Origin: a virus
IMG/VR virus record: IMGVR_UViG_3300048134_000195
Location: 1 to 47,049 of that record
Strand: one strand, 5' to 3'
Length of the DNA stretch: 47,049 nt
Both the position numbers and the translations under genes were made by a program. The notes under the pieces were generated by a model that saw only the letters and a list, made by a program, of their open reading frames with translations, ran no database searches and was not told where the DNA came from. Every line of letters starts with the position of its first letter. The first letter of the stretch is position 1. Shown in pieces: positions 26,004 to 34,100 of the stretch.

Positions 26004-26147
26004 ATGAGTGCCTGGGAACAATCCACAGTCAACTGCACGAGCACCGACTGCGACGGGACAGCCGTCGCGAAGACCAACCCGTGGGGGGAAGTCACCCACT
26101 ACGAATGCCCGCAGTGTAACTGCACGATCGACCGGGAGGACGTCTGA
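26004..26147 (+). CDS. Small Zn-ribbon protein (47 aa) inside the baseplate module
   Basis: Not in the track (below 60 aa). MSAWEQSTVNCTSTDCDG..YECPQCNCTIDREDV*. Its stop overlaps the next ATG (ATGA at 26145-26149). Confidence 0.5.
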   Translation: MSAWEQSTVNCTSTDCDGTAVAKTNPWGEVTHYECPQCNCTIDREDV

Positions 26148-26782
26148 TGCCCGGATTCGTCCAGATTCTCCGCGAGTTCGTCCAAGCGGAAATCCACGGC
26201 ATCTACACGATGACGTTCGTCCGCGTTGAGGAAGTCAACGATGGCCGGCGGGCCGTGGTGAGCTTGAAGAGTGACTCGGACATCCTCATCGACAACGTCC
26301 CCATCGCCTCACCGTTCGCGAGGGGTGGCGCGGGCATGATCACGCCGGTCGCCCGAGGTGACGAAGGATTCGTCCTGCACGCTCAGGAGCCGCTCGACGA
26401 CCAGATCCAGGAGCGCGGCGAGCAGCCCGCGGGCAGCGACCTGCGCTTCCAGCTCGAGGACGCCGTCCTCCTGCCCCTGGTGTGGCTCGACGAGGACGAC
26501 GTCCCCAACCACGAAACCGGCGAGTTCCAAGTCGCCATCCAGGAGGACGGCTCCGTGCTCCGGATGCTGCCCGATGGGCGCGTCCGCGTCGAGCACGCCT
26601 CGGGGAAGGTCATCGCGATGGATGCGGACGGCTCCGTCACGCTCGGTGACGAGGCGGCCGCAGCAGCCGTCCTCAACGCCGACGCCGAACTCGAGTACAA
26701 GGACACCCAGCCCGACGGCTCGACGACGACGAAGACCGTCGACGTCGTTGATCCGGGGACGTCCGACGTCGACGCCTCCTAA
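26147..26782 (+). CDS. Baseplate spike / assembly protein V-like (211 aa)
   Basis: Track ORF. N-terminal OB-like segment ..VRVEEVNDGRRAVVSLKSD..IDNVPIASPFA. Gene order fits. Confidence 0.6.
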   Translation: MPGFVQILREFVQAEIHGIYTMTFVRVEEVNDGRRAVVSLKSDSDILIDNVPIASPFARGGAGMITPVARGDEGFVLHAQEPLDDQIQERGEQPAGSDLRFQLEDAVLLPLVWLDEDDVPNHETGEFQVAIQEDGSVLRMLPDGRVRVEHASGKVIAMDADGSVTLGDEAAAAAVLNADAELEYKDTQPDGSTTTKTVDVVDPGTSDVDAS

Positions 26783-26797
26783 CCCACTCGTGATTGC

Positions 26798-27154
26798 ATG
26801 AAATACAAGCGTACCTTAGCGACGAATCCAGACGGCACGTTCCGCCGTGAAAACGGCTCACTCGTCTGGATCGACGGGGAAGCGGCAGTCAAACAAGAAC
26901 TCGAAAACACGCTGAAGACCGTTCGCGGCGAGGACGAGTTCGACGACGAGCACGGCCTCGACATCTTCGAAGCGACCGGCGCAGCGCCGCCGATCGTCGA
27001 GCGCGAAATTCGGACGGCGTTGCTGCAGGATGACCGCGTCGACGAGGTCACCGACGTCGTCATCGCGGACCCCGGTGGGAACCGGGAGACCGAGGTTGAG
27101 GTGTCGGTGGCGCTCGTTGATGGTGTCGGCCTCAGCCTCTCAGAGACGCTTTAA
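26798..27154 (+). CDS. Baseplate wedge protein, gpW / gp25-like (118 aa)
   Basis: Track ORF. AAVKQELENTLKTVRGEDEFDDEHGLDIFE matches the gp25-like pattern. Confidence 0.65.
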   Translation: MKYKRTLATNPDGTFRRENGSLVWIDGEAAVKQELENTLKTVRGEDEFDDEHGLDIFEATGAAPPIVEREIRTALLQDDRVDEVTDVVIADPGGNRETEVEVSVALVDGVGLSLSETL

Positions 27155-27162
27155 CTACACGT

Positions 27163-28434
27163 ATGAGTGATTCAGACTTCGGCATTCAGGACGACGGATC
27201 GTTCCAGCGAAAGCACGTCGACGACATCCGCAGCGACCAACACCAGAACTTCAAGAACGAGGTTGGCGAGGACGTCGAACTCCGAGAGTCATCGCCACAG
27301 CAGCAACTACTCGACGCGAACGCAATCGAAATCGCACGGCTGTGGGAGGCCGTCGAGTCGATGTACTACGCGTCGTTCTTCGAGGATTCGTTCGGCGAGC
27401 AACTGGACAAGCAGCTGGCGCTGGCCGGGTTCAGTCGTATCCCGGCGCGGTCCGCGACCGGCGAGGTCGTCTTCTCCCGTGGTGATGCGGCGCCGGACGA
27501 CATCACAATCCCGTCGGGGACGGTGGTGACGACGCCGCGGACGGAGACGATGCCAGCCATCCCCTTCGAGACCACCGAGGGCGTCATCCTCGCACAGGGG
27601 GCGACGGAGGTGACGGCGCCGGTGGAGGCGTTGAAGCCGTGGAAGACGGACCTGAACGAGGAGTTGCTGGGCGAGGAGACGAACGTCGGCGCGAACACCA
27701 TCACGAAGTTCGACAGCCCCGTCGCCGGCGTCGACGCCGTGACGAACCCCGACCCGACCGGCGACGAATCTCTCGGGTACGTCAGCGGCCGTAACCGCGA
27801 GACGGACGCCGAGTTCAAACTCCGCTACCAGAACTCCCTCGCCGGCGGAGGGTCGGCGACACTCCAGGCTGTCCGTGCGGGCGTGTTCAACGCCAGCGAC
27901 GAGATTCGGTCGGTCGGCGTCGAGGAAGTCCGCGACCCCAACACGGGCTACGGCGTGCGGGTGACGGTGCTCGCGCCGGGCGTCCCCGCGGACACGGTCG
28001 CGCAAGCCATCGTCGATTCCCGTGCTGGCGGCCTCGAATCCTTCGGGGCTGAATCGGGAACTGGCACGCTCGATGACGGCACGGAGAAGACCGAGTCGTT
28101 CGACCGCGCCAGCGAGGTCACGGTCTACGTCGAGGCGAGCCTGACGACGTCCGAGACGTTCCCCGAGGATGGCGAGCAGCGCATCACTGACCGCCTCACG
28201 CGGTACATCGGCGGGACCGCGTCGGATGGCATCGCGTATCCGGGCCTCGAAATCGGCGAGGACGTCATTTACGATCAGGTGTTCCGGCGCGTGATGGAGG
28301 TCCAGGGCGTAATCATGGCGGACGTCCAGATCGGGACGGACCCAGCGGCGCTTGGTGAGAGCAACGTCGCGATCAACGAGGGGCAGGCGGCGATGACCGG
28401 CACGAGCGAGGTGACGATCAGTGTTGTCGAATGA
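27163..28434 (+). CDS. Baseplate J-like protein (423 aa)
   Basis: Track ORF. ATGEVVFSRG..DITIPSGTVVTT. Size and order fit. Confidence 0.7.
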   Translation: MSDSDFGIQDDGSFQRKHVDDIRSDQHQNFKNEVGEDVELRESSPQQQLLDANAIEIARLWEAVESMYYASFFEDSFGEQLDKQLALAGFSRIPARSATGEVVFSRGDAAPDDITIPSGTVVTTPRTETMPAIPFETTEGVILAQGATEVTAPVEALKPWKTDLNEELLGEETNVGANTITKFDSPVAGVDAVTNPDPTGDESLGYVSGRNRETDAEFKLRYQNSLAGGGSATLQAVRAGVFNASDEIRSVGVEEVRDPNTGYGVRVTVLAPGVPADTVAQAIVDSRAGGLESFGAESGTGTLDDGTEKTESFDRASEVTVYVEASLTTSETFPEDGEQRITDRLTRYIGGTASDGIAYPGLEIGEDVIYDQVFRRVMEVQGVIMADVQIGTDPAALGESNVAINEGQAAMTGTSEVTISVVE

Positions 28435-29050
28435 TGAGTCGCCACGGGAGCGCCTGGAGGCGTCGATCAACTCGCCGTACGATACGGACGGCGTGGTGTG
28501 GAACGCGCTGCTGGCGGCGTGCGCCAGCGAGTACGCGGAACTGGAGACGGCGCTGCGGGCGGTGCTGGCAGCGAAGTCCGTCACGAGTGCGTCCGGCCAG
28601 CAGCTCGACCAACTCGCGACGATCTTCGAGCTCGAGCGGCGGACAGGCGAGCCGGACGCGAAGTTCCGGCTGCGCATTCAGACGGCGCTGCGGCGACTCA
28701 TCTCCTCGGGGACCATCGACGAGATTCGGGAGACAATCGCGGTGCTGTTGGAGACGTCGCAGTCGGAGGTACTCGTCGACGAGCCGTACGACGTCGAGCC
28801 GGCGCGCGTAGACTTGGGAATTTGGGTGTCCGAACTCTCGGATGCCGGGTTCACGCTCGACGAGTTCGCGGACATCGCGAACGATCTGACGGCGGGCGGT
28901 GTCGGCGTGGCGGTGTTCGCTCGCGGGACGTTCCAGTTCACGAGCGAGAACTCGACGGTCAATAGCGACCGTGGGTTTGCGGAGTTGAACAGCGACAACA
29001 CGGGCCCCGTTGAGGGGACTGGCGGTACGTGGCCGAAGATCCTGCGGTAA
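28421..29050 (+). CDS. Baseplate/tail protein I-like (Mu gp48-like, 209 aa)
   Basis: Track ORF (GTG start, 14-nt overlap with J). Position after J. Confidence 0.55.
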   Translation: MLSNDESPRERLEASINSPYDTDGVVWNALLAACASEYAELETALRAVLAAKSVTSASGQQLDQLATIFELERRTGEPDAKFRLRIQTALRRLISSGTIDEIRETIAVLLETSQSEVLVDEPYDVEPARVDLGIWVSELSDAGFTLDEFADIANDLTAGGVGVAVFARGTFQFTSENSTVNSDRGFAELNSDNTGPVEGTGGTWPKILR

Positions 29051-29060
29051 CTCACAATTC

Positions 29061-29831
29061 ATGGTGGATAAAAATAGTCGCACCTGGGGAGACTCGGGTA
29101 CAGAACCGGCAGCTGGTGAAGAGGTCATCTCGGGCGGAGCAGAGTACCCCGCGGACTGGATGAACTGGGCGATGTGGGCGATGACGACCGACATCGACGC
29201 GCTCGTCAGCGTCGTCGGGTCGCTCGAAGCCGTCAACGGCGTCACCGAAGTGCGGTATGAGGCGCTGGCGGACCGGCCAGCGGCGGGGCAGGCGGGCCGG
29301 TTCAGCATTCTTTCGGACGAGCAGCGCGTGACTATCGACGATGGACAGCAGTGGGTGACGGTCGGTGCGCACTCCCACGACGACCTCACGGACATCTCGG
29401 AGGGCGACCATCGGTCGGCCGAGCAGGTCCGGGATCTCGCCGGCGGCATGGCGGGGACCGCGCTCGCGCACGACGATGCGAATGACGCGCTGAACGTGGT
29501 TCAGGAGGACGTCGAGGATTGGGTTGCTGGCCTTGTGGCTGGGAAGTCAAATATCTCGGTGACGTACGACGACGGGAACGATGCGTTGTACGTTGATACG
29601 TCGGCGTTGAACGAGGAGGAGGTTGAGGATGCGATTGCTGGGCTGCTGTCCTCGAGTGATAACGTGGGGTGGAACTACGACGACGCAGGGGACACGTTGA
29701 CGGTGTCGCTGTCGGGCCCGATTACGGGCGTGCAGATTGGGACGGACGCCACACGGGCGGACGTGTTCGCGGATTCTGCAGATGCGAACTCAGTTAGCAC
29801 AGATGAGATCGTTCTCGAGGATACGCTATGA
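29061..29831 (+). CDS. Tail fibre protein, conserved proximal part with three internal repeats (256 aa)
   Basis: ATG 29061 lies inside track ORF 29010..29831, and the upstream gene ends at 29050. Repeats are HDDANDALNV, YDDGNDALYV and YDDAGDTLTV. Confidence 0.6.
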   Translation: MVDKNSRTWGDSGTEPAAGEEVISGGAEYPADWMNWAMWAMTTDIDALVSVVGSLEAVNGVTEVRYEALADRPAAGQAGRFSILSDEQRVTIDDGQQWVTVGAHSHDDLTDISEGDHRSAEQVRDLAGGMAGTALAHDDANDALNVVQEDVEDWVAGLVAGKSNISVTYDDGNDALYVDTSALNEEEVEDAIAGLLSSSDNVGWNYDDAGDTLTVSLSGPITGVQIGTDATRADVFADSADANSVSTDEIVLEDTL

Positions 29832-29845
29832 TAACAACACCGCTG

Positions 29846-29851
29846 TTTATA
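29846..29851 (+). promoter_or_regulatory. TTTATA box about 25 nt upstream of ATG 29875
   Basis: gctgtttatacgtgg lies in the 43-nt gap after the tail fibre stop. The spacing fits a leaderless archaeal transcript. Confidence 0.45.
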
Positions 29852-29874
29852 CGTGGCCTAGATGATGATTGGGC

Positions 29875-30135
29875 ATGCGACCGCCGGCCAAACTATCCCG
29901 ACGACAGTTACTGGCCACCGCAACTGCGTCCCTGGCCCCAATTACAGGCTGTTCCAGAAACGGCAGTTCGCCGACATCGGCAGAGACGCCAACTGACTCG
30001 GCTGATACCCTCGTTATCGAGACAAAGGAGACTCACACAGCAACTGGAGAGCAGTCCTACACAGCAGTCGAATGGCATGACGAAGGAGCCCTCGTCGTGG
30101 AGCAGAGCGGAAGTTTAGAACTTACTGAGCAATAA
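29875..30135 (+). CDS. Secreted Tat lipoprotein (86 aa precursor)
   Basis: MRPPAKLSRRQLLATATASLAPITGC has a twin-arginine motif, a hydrophobic core and a lipobox ITG/C. The track lists 29869..30135 with a TTG start. Confidence 0.65.
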   Translation: MRPPAKLSRRQLLATATASLAPITGCSRNGSSPTSAETPTDSADTLVIETKETHTATGEQSYTAVEWHDEGALVVEQSGSLELTEQ

Positions 30136-30136
30136 C

Positions 30137-31267
30137 ATGGCTAAGATTAAACTCATCAACGAGAACGGCGTCATCAAAGGTATCGACCCAGAAACGGGTG
30201 AAGAGGTTCCGGTGGAGTTCGAGGACCTAGAGACTCAATCGGTAAGTACAGAGGAAGCACTAATCGGGAAAACCAATCCCTATCAATACGTCTCCGAGAG
30301 CCACACCACAGTTACTGTTCCCGGAGATTACGATACAATCCAAGAAGCAATCGACGACTGTCCGAAGAATCTCCGCCACGAGTACGTCATTGACGTTGAT
30401 AACGGGGCTTACGACGAGGACTTGGTATTCAGAGGCATCGCGAATCAAGGATATACGGGTGCGGAGGCATCGACCGGCGGGATTGGCACTGATGGAGAAC
30501 ACGGGATCATCCAGATAGTGGGCGACACTACAACGCCATCGAACGTCAAAATAAATTCGGTGACGGCGATCGGATGCACGGGCGTCCAAGCGCCCACCTT
30601 ATGGGGCGTGGAACTCAACGGCGCAAGCCCGCATGTTGACGAGGACACGACCGCGGTCTTCTCAGGGTGTCAACAAGCGTTTCTCGGGGATTGTAACTTC
30701 CGAGGAGGTGCAAATAAAGCGGTTACTGCATATGGCGGCAACCTCCATGTTCGCAATATGGATGTTGGGGCTGATAACTACGATATCGCGCTATATGCAA
30801 AGCGACAGGCCGCAATCCACGAGCGTAACACTTCAGGATCCGTGACGGATAGAGGATACGTCGCCTCTGACGCTTCTTCAATCCATTCTCAGCATGATAG
30901 TAACATTAGTTCTCCCAATCGCAAATATGACCCGGTGAGTGGCTCCTATACGGTTATAGGGCCGCAGGGAATCAACTTCCAAAATGTCCAACTTCTCGGG
31001 GATGCAGGTGGACTAGAAATAAACGACAGGGTGGGGAGTGTCCCGTTCATTCTCCGAGACCTAGAGAACGGTGTGGAACGGTTCCGTGCCGAAGGCAAGG
31101 GGTACGGCAACTCCCACATTGAAAACCTGTCGGGACAGACTGGCGACTTCGACGGGCAGGTGCGGCTTGATGATGGTTCTAACACTCCACACCGAGGCGT
31201 TGAATGTGTCTGGGACGATGTGAATGGTGTTTGGGTTGACCAGACGGACGGCAGTACCTTCACCTAA
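30137..31267 (+). CDS. Right-handed beta-helix (pectate-lyase-like) protein, probable receptor-binding tailspike or depolymerase (376 aa)
   Basis: Track ORF. Repetitive G/N/T/V-rich short-strand pattern (VTAIGCTGVQ, FSGCQQAFLGDCNFRGGANKAVTAYGGNLHVRNMDVG). About 47-50% G+C. Confidence 0.6.
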   Translation: MAKIKLINENGVIKGIDPETGEEVPVEFEDLETQSVSTEEALIGKTNPYQYVSESHTTVTVPGDYDTIQEAIDDCPKNLRHEYVIDVDNGAYDEDLVFRGIANQGYTGAEASTGGIGTDGEHGIIQIVGDTTTPSNVKINSVTAIGCTGVQAPTLWGVELNGASPHVDEDTTAVFSGCQQAFLGDCNFRGGANKAVTAYGGNLHVRNMDVGADNYDIALYAKRQAAIHERNTSGSVTDRGYVASDASSIHSQHDSNISSPNRKYDPVSGSYTVIGPQGINFQNVQLLGDAGGLEINDRVGSVPFILRDLENGVERFRAEGKGYGNSHIENLSGQTGDFDGQVRLDDGSNTPHRGVECVWDDVNGVWVDQTDGSTFT

Positions 31268-31335
31268 TCAGTCCTGATTCTCTTTTAGCGGGTGTCTCAC
31301 CGCCAGCATCCTGAAAGAAACACCCGGCGCCGAGG

Positions 31336-32175
31336 TTAGTGCCGGAGTTGCTGGAGGGCGTCCTCCAGGCGCTCCGGACTCTCCTCGATGTACGCAATCG
31401 CCGTGCTGAACTGACTCCACCCGAATAGGGCTTTCAAATCCATCGCCGAGAGACCACGGGCGGCGTAGTAGCTGGCGGCCGTCGCCCGCAGCGCGTGCGG
31501 GTAGATCTCGTCGACGTCGACGGACTCGGTCTGCCGAGCCATCCGGTCGACGCGCCGGTTCACGACACCACGAGACGCTTCGAATTCATCGTAGTGCGTG
31601 AAGTAGTCCTCAACGGCGAGCGCTGCCCGCGTACTGGCTTCCGCGTACGGGATCTTCCTCGCAGCGTTCACCGTCTTCGGCGACCACATCTGCGCGTAGA
31701 ATGGCTCCGCGTCGACGAATAACTCGTAGACGTGGCCGCCGGGCTCGAGGACGTCGTGCCGCCCCAGGCTCTGGTAGTGGTCGTCGAGCGTGTTTGCCGT
31801 GCGGATGTCCGCCATCTGCTCGGCGGCACCACGGCAGTGCCCACAGATGTCTCGCGTTCGCCCGTCGGTACAGGGTTCGTGTTTCGGGATTTCGATGCGT
31901 TCGTCCTCCCAGTTGACCCAGTCCGCTTTCATGTGCGCGACCTCACCAGGTCGCATGCCGAGGCGGCCGCACGCGAAGAGGACGAGCCGGCACTCCCGAG
32001 CGAAGTAATCATCGTCCATCCGGTAGGTCGCCTGCACCATCTGCTCGAACTGGCGTTCGGTGATGGCGTCCTCCTTGGTGTGACGGACGGCATCGTCGCT
32101 TGCCCAGTCCTTTCCGTGGTCGTCGCCGGTGACGGGCTTACGGCCACGCGGCCGCTGCTGGTCCGACGAGCTCAC
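31336..32175 (-). CDS. int: Tyrosine recombinase / integrase (279 aa) with a Cys-containing insertion
   Basis: Track ORF. Motifs GMRPGE (Arg), HALRATAASY (HxxR) and GWSQFSTAIAYI (Tyr). Insertion is CTDGRTRDICGHC. Confidence 0.85.
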   Translation of the reverse strand: MSSSDQQRPRGRKPVTGDDHGKDWASDDAVRHTKEDAITERQFEQMVQATYRMDDDYFARECRLVLFACGRLGMRPGEVAHMKADWVNWEDERIEIPKHEPCTDGRTRDICGHCRGAAEQMADIRTANTLDDHYQSLGRHDVLEPGGHVYELFVDAEPFYAQMWSPKTVNAARKIPYAEASTRAALAVEDYFTHYDEFEASRGVVNRRVDRMARQTESVDVDEIYPHALRATAASYYAARGLSAMDLKALFGWSQFSTAIAYIEESPERLEDALQQLRH

Positions 32176-32831
32176 GGCTCGCCCGCCTCCATGATCGCTT
32201 CCAGGTATGCGAGGACGTCCGCGACCTCGCCGAGCAGCGGCAGCGGCTCGAGTGTCGACGCGCGCCCCAGCGTCCGGTAGTCGACGAGTCCAGCAGCATC
32301 CAGCCGCGGGACGTGTGTTTCGTGGAGCGCGACGTAGAGACTCTTGACGGCCTCTGTTCCGGGCCGGGTGTCGTGTGTTCTGAGGGTGCCGGTGTCGATG
32401 CCGTGCGCGAGCTCGGGCGTGGTGACGAAGCCGCGTTCGTCGACGTCGGGCTGCCAGTCGTCGAGGACGCGGATGGCAGCGCGCCGCCGGTCGTTCGCGA
32501 GGACGTCCAGGAGCTCGTCGAGCGTGATCTCGAGGCGGGCGCTGTCGGGCGTAGGTGGCCGGCGGCCACTGCCATCAGCGACAGCACTCCCAGTGCCGTC
32601 AGCCGTGGTTTGGTGGACGTAGACGTGCTGGAGGCCGGCGTCGGCGGTGATCTCGCCGCGATCCTCGAGGCGCTGCAGGAGCGCCTGGAGGTGGCTGCGG
32701 GTGATGCTGAATCGGAGTGCGAGCCCCTCGATGGTGGCCGGGTCGTCGAGCCAGTCGAGGTACTCAAGGACTTGCTGTGGGGTTGGTTCGCTAGCGTTAC
32801 CACTCTCTACTGGTATGTTTTCGTGGTCCAT
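32172..32831 (-). CDS. wHTH DNA-binding protein (219 aa)
   Basis: Track ORF with ATGA overlap onto int. LEYLDWLDDPATIEGLALRFSITRSHLQALLQRLEDRGEI and a second HTH-like half. Confidence 0.6.
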   Translation of the reverse strand: MDHENIPVESGNASEPTPQQVLEYLDWLDDPATIEGLALRFSITRSHLQALLQRLEDRGEITADAGLQHVYVHQTTADGTGSAVADGSGRRPPTPDSARLEITLDELLDVLANDRRRAAIRVLDDWQPDVDERGFVTTPELAHGIDTGTLRTHDTRPGTEAVKSLYVALHETHVPRLDAAGLVDYRTLGRASTLEPLPLLGEVADVLAYLEAIMEAGEP

Positions 32832-32945
32832 GCTGGACTGAGGAGCCGGCGCTGAGCGGGCGACCCGCTACTTACGCACTCTTTCTCGAACTCCTCACTC
32901 CACCCGGAGGATACAAACAGACCCCAGCACCACTATTCTCCGCCG

Positions 32946-33950
32946 TCAGTCTGCGGCGTCGCTGCGATGCCAGCCCCACGCAATCGGGGCGGCCATCGCG
33001 ACCGTCGCGACCGGCAGCATCGTCGACGCGCCCAGACTCGGGACGGACCCCGCGATGCCAGCAGCTGCCAGCCCCACAACAGCCCCATACTTCCCCGCCT
33101 TCACTGCCGTCTTCGACTCCGCAGGCGTGAACCGGCCAATCGTTCGGTCACCATTCTCGACGTCCTGGACGTCGTCAGCGAGCGTTTCCACGCGGGCGGC
33201 CATCTGGTCAGCGCCGAGCGCGGACAGCTCTGCAGCGGCGCCCATCGGCGTCGAGGAACTGATCTTTGCGTAGACGTCGTCGGCCGGTGTGGTGTCGGTA
33301 TCCCAGTTGGCACCGTCGAGGAGATCGGCGTCGGCGAAGTCCTGGATGATTTGGTCGTCCGAGGAGATTGCAAGATAGTTTTTCATCGTCGCGTAGTCTT
33401 CCCAGCCGCCGACGGCCATGACGGTCTCCATATTCATGTCGTGGCGGACGAGACAGTTGGTGGCAAAGTATCGGCGGAGGTCGTGTGGCGAGAAGTAGCG
33501 CTCGTAGTCGACGTCGCCTGTTTGTTCGGTGACGAGCGTCCCGATTTTATACGCCCAGTCGTTCATCGTTCTCGAACTGATGCCGACGAGCGGTTCGTCA
33601 TCGGGGATGTGTGTTTCTTCGCGGATTGTTTCGATGCAGTCGATGGTTGCTCGAGTGAGTGGGACTTTGCGATATTTTCCGTTTTCTGTTTTGCCGGTGG
33701 TGTCTTTCCCCCAGACTTCTGCGAATTTGATGTCGGTGTCGAGGTTGGTGTTGACGATGTCGTTGTAGGTGAGGTCGACCATGCCGTCCTTGCGGAGGCC
33801 GCGGCCGCCGAGGCGGGCGAAGAGTTCGGCTTGTTTTGGGTGGCCGTGAATCGAGATTGTTGATGCGATGTCGACGATGAGTTCGAATTCTTCTTGGGTG
33901 GGGAAGAGCGCAGCTTCGTCTTCGTTTTCGAGTTGGCGTTTAGTGGCCAT
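32946..33950 (-). CDS. Second tyrosine recombinase (334 aa) with a ~130-aa C-terminal extension ending in two hydrophobic segments
   Basis: Track ORF. Motifs GGRGLRKDG, HDLRRYFATN and GGWEDYATMKNYL. Tail contains YGAVVGLAAAGIAGSVPSLG and STMLPVATVAMAAPIAWGW. Confidence 0.75.
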   Translation of the reverse strand: MATKRQLENEDEAALFPTQEEFELIVDIASTISIHGHPKQAELFARLGGRGLRKDGMVDLTYNDIVNTNLDTDIKFAEVWGKDTTGKTENGKYRKVPLTRATIDCIETIREETHIPDDEPLVGISSRTMNDWAYKIGTLVTEQTGDVDYERYFSPHDLRRYFATNCLVRHDMNMETVMAVGGWEDYATMKNYLAISSDDQIIQDFADADLLDGANWDTDTTPADDVYAKISSSTPMGAAAELSALGADQMAARVETLADDVQDVENGDRTIGRFTPAESKTAVKAGKYGAVVGLAAAGIAGSVPSLGASTMLPVATVAMAAPIAWGWHRSDAAD

Positions 33951-34022
33951 GGTGTATCCTCGTGTTTTTGTCTGTCTGTTGACTGTTGTGCATGGGTGTG
34001 GTAACGGACGCGTGATTTATAA

Positions 34023-34100
34023 GTCTATTTCGAAAATTCAGACTTCCTCGCTAACCCCGTACTCAGAAACCCTACGTTACTCATAAACCCCTTCCCCAAA
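34023..34100. repeat. Near-palindrome aagtct-atttcgaaaatt-cagactt followed by three AACCC(C)-containing tandem units
   Basis: aagtctatttcgaaaattcagactt at 34021-34045. aaccccgtactcag / aaaccctacgttactcat / aaaccccttcccc at 34053-34095. Confidence 0.6.

Noticed and set aside
29828-30118. 96-aa alternative-frame ORF overlapping the lipoprotein gene.
   Set aside because: It is Arg/Pro/Gln-rich with no features. The competing frame has a complete Tat signal plus lipobox and a TATA box at the right distance.
31289-31326. Hairpin cgggtgt-N24-acacccg between the convergent beta-helix and integrase genes, as a terminator.
   Set aside because: A 7-bp stem with a 24-nt loop is weak and is expected by chance many times. 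It was noted but not annotated.
29061-33950. phiCh1-style invertible tail-fibre system (recombinase flipping fibre gene segments).
   Set aside because: I found no convergent second fibre gene and no inverted repeat clusters bracketing the fibre/cassette genes. The recombinase genes lie downstream of the fibre genes, not between them.
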